The notes beneath the pieces were generated by a model. It did not search any database. It was not told where the DNA came from and worked only from the letters and a program-made list of their open reading frames with translations. The translations under genes and the position numbers were made by a program. Below, in pieces: positions 40,282 through 64,000 of a stretch of DNA of 64,000 bases. The stretch spans positions 702,448 to 766,447 of the forward strand of contig CAVNZM010000004.1 in NCBI GenBank assembly GCA_963693365.1. Reading direction: 5' to 3'. The stretch is from Amoebidium appalachense (taxonomy: Eukaryota > Protista > Ichthyosporea). Each line of letters opens with the position of its first letter. Position 1 is the first letter of the stretch.

Positions 40282-40319
<38 letters not shown>

Positions 40320-41000
40320 TCGTCCCCAACGAGTACTCTTCTCCCAGCTGCTGCATGCCATTATACATAATATGCTTCGTGTGCCTGGCCACCAGTATGG
40401 ACCGGTTACAGACGTGCAAATGGTGGGCAAAGATTTCATCACAAAAGTGCAATCGGCTCTGAGTTCGGGCAGTCTTAGTAAAGTGCTCATTGACACATGT
40501 GCGGCATGTGATAGTTCGAAGAAGCTCTCACCGAGGAACTGGGGCGGAAATCAACCTCGAGTCCCTATCATCGGAAATCAACCTCCCTATCGATGATAGG
40601 GAGGACCAGATGTTGTGGCTGGGGCGGGTGTGTTTGTACGTGCTTGTGGATCCGGGCACTGGCAGTCTCAGGGATGGGGGCATGGGGCGCTCTGGTCTGG
40701 TCTGGTCCGGGCGGCCCGGACATGCCAGAAAAGTTTTCGGGCCGGGCTAGGCATTTCAAATTGGGCAGGAATATTCCCCCACCCCCCAACACACTTAGGC
40801 CCTCTCTGACCATGACATAATGTGCGTAAATGTTTGCCCTTACATGTGTTCTGCACCATGCTTCTCATGATCATCGTGTACGTACTTCGCAACGTGTTCC
40901 GCATATGCGAGTCACTCCTCCCCCCGCCGTTCCCCCAGCCGGCCGTGAATGAGGCGCCACATGCATGCAGATGATGAGCTATAGCGGTACCACATGTACA

Positions 41001-42172
41001 TCTCCTTGGGCTGAAAACGGTAAAATTACCGTTTCTAGAACAAAATCTGAGTTTTTCTCATTTTTCGATCGCGTTCTCGTCAGGAGGCCCTAACAAGTAG
41101 GGTATCGCTAGAAAGCTTACTATATTCACAACAAGTTTTCATAGTACGCGAAAAGCTGTTTACTAATGAAAAACGAGCTTTAGAGCCCCTTCAAAGCGGC
41201 GTGGTCGCGAATTCTAGAAAGCGGAAAAATACTGTTTCTAAGACTTAGAATTCGGCTCTCTATCAGATCGATCGATTTTCATTTTGTCATACTTGTGCAA
41301 TTTGGCGGTGGCCGCGGCAGGCCACGGTAACACCTGTCATGAGGCCTTCGCTGAAGCGTTGTGGCCAGAACCCTTTTGTGCTTATTTCTACCGTGAGCAA
41401 GTGGTTAGGGATGTTAGTGACACTTGAAAGGTAGTTCATTGCACACTAGTCTGGCTTAGCATGTGAGCTTGTAATGGCGGAGCAGCACAGCTTGGGAATC
41501 AATGCTAGGTGCATTGTTGCAACTCTGGCAGCACCACAAACCTCGCATACTGAGGTGAAGCAACAGAATTTGTGAGGCTCCAGTAACCTCGTGCAGGCTT
41601 TATATAAACGTGGTAAATGGCTGAGTTCGTTTGTAGACAAGATCTGCCAGCTCATGTGCAGACTACTGTGCCAGATCTGTGCGGCGTGGGGACCCTACAA
41701 ACAGCGTTTCCGTGCAATGCACACGGACGATGCCTACGTTCAAGTTCGAGATAGAGGGTGCAAACAAGGACTCCTTCAACAGTGTGCTTTTAGACGGCTT
41801 TCAGGGTGCTTTAGAGCACCTCCAGACATAAAAGGGACCCCATGCGGGGTTGGAGATAAGAGCAAGGAAGGGAGCGAAAAGCTAGGGCTTCTGAACACAT
41901 TCCACTCTCATCAGCGACAAGCTTAAGCTTAGGAGCCATAATAACGTGAAGAAAGGCCCTTGCGTATTGGGAAGGTTTTATTTTGTTCGAGAAAAACGAC
42001 GGAGAAGAGTGCATTGCGCAAGCAACGCTGGCAGAAAAGTCGCCGGCCAAAGCGGCGGGAAACAAGCTGGCGCAGTGGCGGAATCGAGCGATCGTAATCT
42101 GAGAGAACTTTTCTAAGTCTAGAAGCGGTAAAAATACCGTTTCTAGATTTGATCGATTTCATCCCAAGGAGA
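41001..42172. mobile_element. ~1.17-kb TIR-bounded element with palindromic subterminal motifs
   Basis: Ends TCTCCTTGGGCTGAAA / TTTCATCCCAAGGAGA. The motif CGGTAAAA(T/A)TACCGTTTCTAGA occurs at ~41018 and ~42126, with a variant at ~41222. Flanks are CA / TA, so the TSD is not clean. Confidence 0.6.
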
Positions 42173-42565
42173 TAGTTCATGGCCTATATATCCTGTGACT
42201 GTACGTGACTAAGTCTCCCGTGGGGCAGGATCCGGAGGCACCGGTACGCCCCGGCTATGCGAGACCCTCAGGGGGGAAGGGGGGGGGCATATGCGCATGT
42301 ATGATCACGGTGCCTTATATGGTAGTAATTGCCAGCGGCAACTTCGCCAGAATTGAATGCAGCCCAAATATTATTTACGTCGAACGGCCAGGGACCAGCC
42401 CGGTGCACTCTCCGTGAACCCACGGTACCGCGGCCGGTACCATGAATGAAGTTCAATTGTGGTGTCACCGGATATCCGAGCGGCTGACGGTGCACAGCGC
42501 ACGTGCACGTGGCCTTCCAGCCGCCGCCGGGGAAGAGGGGCCCCGGGGAAGGGAGGGGAGGGGGT

Positions 42566-42596
<31 letters not shown>

Positions 42597-43091
42597 AGAC
42601 TGGAAAGGGGTCGTAAGATGGCGATAATCATTCGGATATGTTTGGATCGCGGTGATACATGAAGCCGGCTCGTGATCTTCACCACACACCAGTACCGGCC
42701 GTGTCAGGGAGCACGTCTTTATAAATAAATATAGTGGCCCCCAGGGCCATGTGAGGATACCCCGTGTACACTCCATAGGGCATATACTACCCTCATCCCT
42801 AAACCCACCGGTCCCACATTCGCACATGCAATCACCTTGCTCTGAACACATATTTGAACGAGCTAACAAGTCTCCACGCAATATGTTGATTCTCATTCCC
42901 CCTCCCCCCCTCCCTCCTCCCCCTCCCCCCCTTCTCCTCTCCTTATATACACACACACAAACACAGAAGAGGAGCAAGGGGGAAACAGAACCTAAATATA
43001 AACCAAGAAAACAAGTTCCATAAGAGCACATGTCCAACACACGAGGCCGTATGCTGGCAGCAACTGGCAGGTACACAGTGCATACATCAGG

Positions 43092-45080
43092 CTATGCCTC
43101 CCACTCCTGCTTGGGCACGGGGGGACCACACGGTTGCAGCATTTCCTGTAGGCCCGACCACACGTCATGTCAGGACATGCGGGATAAACAGACATGTGCT
43201 GCTTTGTATCCATTCACTTTTTGCATGCCTCTCTCGTGAATCTACTTGTTACAATTCTGTCATGAAGCCAAAGCCTGTGGGCGTGCGCGACACATGTATC
43301 TCTATTTGTGCCACTGGGCGTGTGCGTGCAATGTTTGTGTTCCTGGTGGTGGGTCGTGCTAGTGGGGGGTGCCGGAGGCGTCCCTCTCGGGGAGGACACT
43401 TTAGGATAAGCTGCAGTGTATATATAACGACACATGCGATGTGGAAAAATCAAAACAGAGCAGGCATCCAACCCATCACAAAGTAACGCTTTTGCACAGT
43501 GCATGCAAAGCTGCGTGGGATGATCTGAAAGACGCAGAGGGCCGGAGGGGAGGGGGGAGGGGGAGGGGGGAGAAAGAACAGATGGGAAAGAGTAAATAGA
43601 GAGGAAAGTGACATTCCTAGGAAGACAAAGTGGAAGCGAGAGAGGGAGGGAGGGGAGAAAGGGAGGGAGGGAGCGATGGAGGGAGGGAGGGAGGGAGGGA
43701 GGGGGGGATGGGGGGGGGGGGGGGGGAGAGAGAGAGAGAGAGAGAGAGTGTGTGTGTGTGTGTGTGTGTGAGTGAGAGAGAGAGAGAGAGTGTGTGTGTG
43801 TGTCTGCGTGTGCGCGTGTAGAAGCCGGGGAGGGGGGGGAGGGGGGGGGGGGGGGGGGGTTGAATGCGTCAAAAAGTACGAAGTACACAAGAACAAACGG
43901 ATAACACGATGCAGAATGCAAGCCATACATAAAGAGTATGCATAATAAGCAGAGCCCATCCTCAGGGGGGGCCCACGTCATCCACAGTACCCGAGTTTCG
44001 ACCTATTCCGCTCGTTAACGAAACTCAACTCAGATACTGTTTCACTTGAACATGGGTGGGTCACCCGTGGGTAGGGGGGAGGGGGGTAATACCTGGAGCA
44101 TTCTGAAGCGGACCTTTGCCAGGGGCTCGTTCTCAGCAATGGCCGAATACATCAGCAGGTTGGGGTGGCCGATGTATGATGCATAGCTGTCCCGGTGCTG
44201 GTTGGACAGCCACTCACTGTGTGCACGTGTCAGTGATGATGCCAGGAATAGAACAGGGTGCTATATTTAGGGCGGGGTGGTTGGCATGAGTGCAGGGGGG
44301 TGGGCAGCAGAGTAGCAAGTTGGATAGAAGGGCATATCGTCTCTGTGGGCCACCAGCCAAAATCTCACAAATAAGTGCGAAGCCGGCCATAATTCCATAT
44401 TTGGGCCATACAAACATCCAATTGTCCTCGTCCCCGACAAAAAAAAAAAAGTCCCAGGAGCGACAGTAGTTGTTTTTGAATTTCGTACTCATGTAGGTGT
44501 GTGTGTGTGCGCGACGGGGCGGGCTGGCGGAGGGGGGGGGGGGGGGGGGGGGGGTCTTACAACTTGCTGGTATCGGCATGGCCTGTACCCACATACTTGG
44601 ACTGCACTGCGGAGGCAGAAAAAAGTCAGTGTTTGCCAGTGCCTCCTCCCCCCCCCCATCCCCCTTCCCCCCTCCACCCACAAACACAGCAGCCAATTTC
44701 CAACCCCCTTCACTCCCCCACATCACCAAAAGAAAACAAGCAAAAAAAACAAAGAAAATGAAAAATCGAAACTGAACATGTTGATCTAACCCCCCTGTAC
44801 CTACCTGTACTGTACAACGCAGGCACTTGCACACAGGTAACCCCCCCCCCCCCCCCTCCCCTCTCTCTTCCTGACTCACTTACACAGACATACCCAGAAA
44901 CACACAACCCGACACATACACGCACACACACACACACACACCCACAGCAGGCAAGGGCACTCACAGTGTTCGAGCTGGGTATTGATGTTATATCTTGCGT
45001 CCTGCAGACACCCATGGGTTAGGCTGGCTTCGTGGTAATCAAACCCAGAAGCAAAGAGGAGCAGGAGCAGGAGGGGGAGG

Positions 45081-45120
<40 letters not shown>

Positions 45121-45248
45121 GGGGGGGGGGGGGGGGGGGGGGGGGGGAGGGAGGGGCGGAAGGGAGTGTTACCTTCGACCCAAACAAAGCAACAGCAGCA
45201 GTGGCATACACAACCACGCAAAGGGCTGGAAGACCATTCCAACGAGAT

Positions 45249-45299
<51 letters not shown>

Positions 45300-45849
45300 G
45301 GGGGGGGGGGGAGGGGGGGGGGCGGAGGGGGAGGGGGGTTTAAATGCAGAACACGGTACGAAATACACATACACGAATGAGAAGCATGCTGCAGGACACA
45401 TGCAAAGGCAAACATTCAAGTATGGAGGAGGAGGGGGGGGGGGAATGTTATGTGGAACTCGAGCACGGAAAGCCCAAACAAGAGTAACCGGAAGGTAAAA
45501 TGACTGAGGTGGGGGTGGGGATGGGGGTGGACGGGACGAAACGAAGGGGCAAAAAGGGGAGGGGGAGGGGAGGGGGGGAGGAGCAAGAGAGAGAGAGGGG
45601 GAGGGAGGAACGGACAGAAAGCGAGAGAGAGAGAGGGGGGTTGGGGAGAGAGAGGGAGAGAGAGAGAGACACAGAGAGACAGAGAGAGAAAGAAAGAGAG
45701 AGAAAGAGAGAGGGGAAGGGGGGGGGGGGGGGGAGGGGGAGGGAGATGGGAGGAGGAGACAGGGACACACCGAGAGAGGGAGGTGGGGCGGGGCCGGGGC
45801 AGGCAAGGAAAACGTTTGGGGGAAGCGTGGGGGGGAAAGGGGGGGGGGG

Positions 45850-45928
<79 letters not shown>

Positions 45929-46637
45929 GTGTGTGTGTGTGTGAGAGAGAGAGAGAGATAGTGTGTGTGTGTGTGTGTGCGCGCGCGTATGTATGTCGGA
46001 GAGCATTCTATGTGGGAGAGAGCATTAAGGGTCGAGATACTAGGTGGTTGCATAATAGTCGAGAAAAAGAGCAAAAAGTAAGCCAAAGCCCATCATTTTC
46101 CTTTTTTCCTACGCTTCATTGAGCCAACATGCACACCACCTCCAAACCAAAAACTTCCTAAGACGTTGCTAGACTAAAACCATCTACTCAGTAGAATTGC
46201 AATTAAAAGACCCACATCGAGCGGATGCATGACAAACATGCGCAAACTAGGACGTGTACGTATATGCATGAGTGCATGCACGCAACGGTACGTACAAAGG
46301 CGCCTCACCGCGCACAAATACGCTCGCACGCACAAGCACACACACATACGCCGGCACACACACCGACACACGGACACATGCGCACACACGTGTACACAAC
46401 ACACACAAACACGCAGGCACGAAGGCACGAAGGCACGCACGCAGGCACGCACGCAGACATGAACGCACGCATTTACACAGAGAATAACAAACAGGAAAAT
46501 AGGAAAACCGTTCACCCACACCCCATTCTCGCGCTGATCTCAAAAAGTTCCCCACGGAGAGTGCAGCTCCTACAAAACCACCACAACTACAACTCCAAAC
46601 GAATGGAACATGACAACAGGGAGCTTACCGCCGCCAT
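43092..46637 (-). CDS. SF3B5: Splicing factor 3B subunit 5 (SF3b10), 5 exons, 89 aa
   Basis: Exons 46637-46629, 45001-44965, 44606-44561, 44216-44093 and 43145-43092 join in phase to MAADARYNINTQLEHLQSKYVGTGHADTSKFEWLSNQHRDSYASYIGHPNLLMYSAIAENEPLAKVRFRMLQEMLQPCGPPVPKQEWEA-stop. The 9-nt first exon is the least certain. Confidence 0.94.
43860..44045 (-). repeat. Dispersed ~150-bp repeat, copy 2 (SF3B5 intron), also with a 5' fold-back
   Basis: Reverse complement of 38298-38447 with few substitutions. Confidence 0.85.
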
Positions 46638-47059
46638 TTTCCAGTGGCTGCCGGAGTGATTGGGCTTTTGCTTGAAGCAGTATGCAAGACAAAACTATGG
46701 TGCTGTGCTATACGTTCATCGGCGTTATAATTATGACGGTATGAAATACAAAAGCTCTGTCAGGCATCAGGCGGGCCACACCTGCACGTCTGTTCCAAAA
46801 AGGTCTCTCTCTGAGGGTTTACACACTTTTTATTGCGTGGACATTGCCGGAGGCCCAGCCACATTTCATGAGTTGAAGTTTCAGTGTGGGGGGTCCAAAT
46901 GCGATGAGCGCCAAAATTACCTGTCAAGCAAGGTCAGTTTTAGAACCCCTCCTGGCCGGTATTACTCAACTGCTCGCTAAAGTATATGTGTGACATGGAT
47001 TGATAAGAGCCATTTTAAACCATCAAAGGGCTATAGCTGCATATTGATTGGATTCTGGC

Positions 47060-47328
47060 TACCCAAAATTCCAGATTTAGGGGGTCATGCTTCACCGTCT
47101 CAGGCTAGACCAATGGCGGGGAGGCAGAAAATTGAGGGTGATTACAATAAGGCTCTGCTCGACTAGTAATGCCACGCTCTGCCGAGCTTTGGCTCAACGT
47201 TGAAGCGAGACGAGAATATTCTGGAAGGTGTTGTGTGCGTGTTGTTGGAGGGAGGGCAACAATTTGAAGGAAAAAAAGGACTGTTTGGATATTTTTTTTT
47301 CTCTTTGTCTGTATCCCGCCTCCCCGCC

Positions 47329-47373
<45 letters not shown>

Positions 47374-48359
47374 ACACCCGGCCCCCCCTTTTTTCTCTCT
47401 GAGGCTCCCCCTCCCCCCCCTCCCCCCTCCCCCCCCCCCCCCCCCCCCCCCCCCCTTCACTTCTGCCATATATTCGCCCTTTGTCTGAATACGGGTTGCC
47501 CTTACTAGCTATGGCACCCCCTGATACTGTTACTAATGTCCTCAAATCAATAGATGATTTCCACTACACAACTTGTACGCTTCTCACTGGTCTTTCCACA
47601 CCTATCCCTAGACGCCTTTTTGATTCTCTCTACGCACTCACACCACCATCCCAACGCGTACACGAATTAGCCCTTAAATTCCACGAGCACATCACCCGCC
47701 TGTCCGCTTGTGCCCCGGACCACCCGCTCTTCCGGCTACACGCATCCCCGCCGGACTCGCCCCTCTACCTCTTCCCTTCCCCATCGTCTCTGCCCATTGC
47801 CGAGCGTTATGTGGAATGGCTGGCGACTCCACCGGAGGTACGGCTAGATCATAGTGTGAATATGAATAGTTTAAGTCTATGGCTGATAGATATCTTTTTA
47901 CTCTGTCGACGTCGTGTTGAGTCCCTTCCGGTGTTAGGACCGCAAAAACACCAACTACTAGTAGCCTATATGGCGGATCCGGATACGGTTAGAGAGTCTC
48001 GTTCATACATAGATTCGTTTATTCGTAATGTGGTGTGGTGTAAAAACGCAAAGATGATTATGGATTGGCGGTGTAATCGGTTTCTGGTGTCTTTTGCTCG
48101 TATGTGTAATATGTGTGGGGGGCGGTTTACTCGCGGCTGCATATATATCTATCAATAAGTGCAACCTGTTAGCTAACGTATTAGAACCGGAGGTTATTGG
48201 CGGTTTTATTCTCTTTTCTTCCTCTCTTCCTCAATATATCCGTTTTAAGATGACTATCCTACTGTAGATCACCTTATTAATGCTGCAGAGTATGATATTG
48301 TGATCCGGTGCCTTAACTTTCTTTCGGAGCTACCGATGCTAGCCCCTGCTTACCCATAA
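47060..48359 (+). mobile_element. Degraded, 5'-truncated non-LTR retrotransposon (LINE ORF2 C-terminal part)
   Basis: YIRPLSEYGL at ~47470-47500 resembles the post-RT 'RP.lEYG' motif. The ORF continues to CNMCGGRFTRG (Zn-knuckle-like), then a frameshifted tail TVDHLINAAEYD..-stop at 48359. A possible broken YLGV motif lies at ~47075. Confidence 0.6.
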
Positions 48360-48481
48360 TATGTAATAGGGGTGTCATATACTACGATGGCGCTCATTGT
48401 TGCCTAGCATGTACACATGTCACTGGCTGCACTGGATTGGCTGCGCTGGAAAAAGCAGTAGGCCGTCAAATGTGGCTGGGC

Positions 48482-48526
48482 CAAGGCCTCCTAAATAGCA
48501 CACCGTGTGCTATTTAGGAGGCCTTG
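48482..48526. mobile_element. 45-bp perfect hairpin mini-MITE with 8-bp TSD (hAT-like)
   Basis: CAAGGCCTCCTAAATAGCACAC-C-GTGTGCTATTTAGGAGGCCTTG, flanked by GGCTGGGC (48474-48481, 48527-48534). Confidence 0.9.
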
Positions 48527-48788
48527 GGCTGGGCCTCCGGCAGTGTCCACGCAATAGAAAGTGTGTAAACCCCAAAAGATTATCAAGGTTTTGGTAATGT
48601 TAAAAATCTTTGACTAGGGAGATTTAGAATTTCGTTTAGTCCGCCAATAGGATTTTGTCTCTACGCTCATTCGCTTGAAATCATTCAAGGCGGCTCGTAT
48701 CCGATTCACACGAGCAGCCCCAAATCCATGTGCCGTTTTTGAGGGCCACAAGTTTTTTGAGTGTGTGTGTGTATCACAGAGCCAAAAC

Positions 48789-64000
<15,212 letters not shown>

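Noticed and set aside
40540-40600. Short repeats CGGAAATCAACCTC x2 and the inverted pair CCCTATCATCG/CGATGATAGGG
   Set aside because: Too short, with no TSD or second copy in the window, so no function can be assigned.
44214-44879. ORF segment WPKYGIMAGF.. reminiscent of a KDZ transposase
   Set aside because: The region is explained as SF3B5 introns and exons read in another frame.
46660-46980. 106-aa Cys-containing ORF loosely like a CxC transposon domain
   Set aside because: It has a non-ATG start, lies in the SF3B5 upstream region, and the similarity is too weak to support.

Overview
This is eukaryotic, very intron-rich genomic DNA. Its introns are packed with (CA/GT)n, (GA)n and poly-G/C tracts, so most of the supplied ORF track is low-complexity noise. 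I reconstructed the genes by hand from splice signals: U2SURP/SR140 (minus, runs off the left edge), a spliced OTU-deubiquitinase/CXC/Myb-like/Zn-ribbon gene, an intronless Ca3427/NMT1-like substrate-binding-fold gene, propionyl-CoA carboxylase alpha (minus) and beta (plus) genes arranged head-to-head about 3.5 kb apart, a 5-exon SF3B5 gene not represented in the ORF track, and LYS2 alpha-aminoadipate reductase (plus, runs off the right edge). A Lys2 gene in such an intron-dense genome suggests a fungus or unicellular opisthokont such as an ichthyosporean; this is inference only. The main observations are the divergent PCCA/PCCB pair, an apparent U12-type AT-AC intron in LYS2, 45-47 bp all-TIR hairpin insertions with 8-bp target-site duplications upstream of two genes, and a 1.1-kb hAT-like element inside the PCC intergenic region. 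Also notable are (CA)n tracts in place of polypyrimidine tracts at acceptors, a two-copy intronic fold-back repeat with a partial hammerhead-like motif, a decayed PCCA duplicate fragment and a LINE remnant. Homopolymer lengths may be assembly-inflated, and family assignments come from motif recognition, not database searches.
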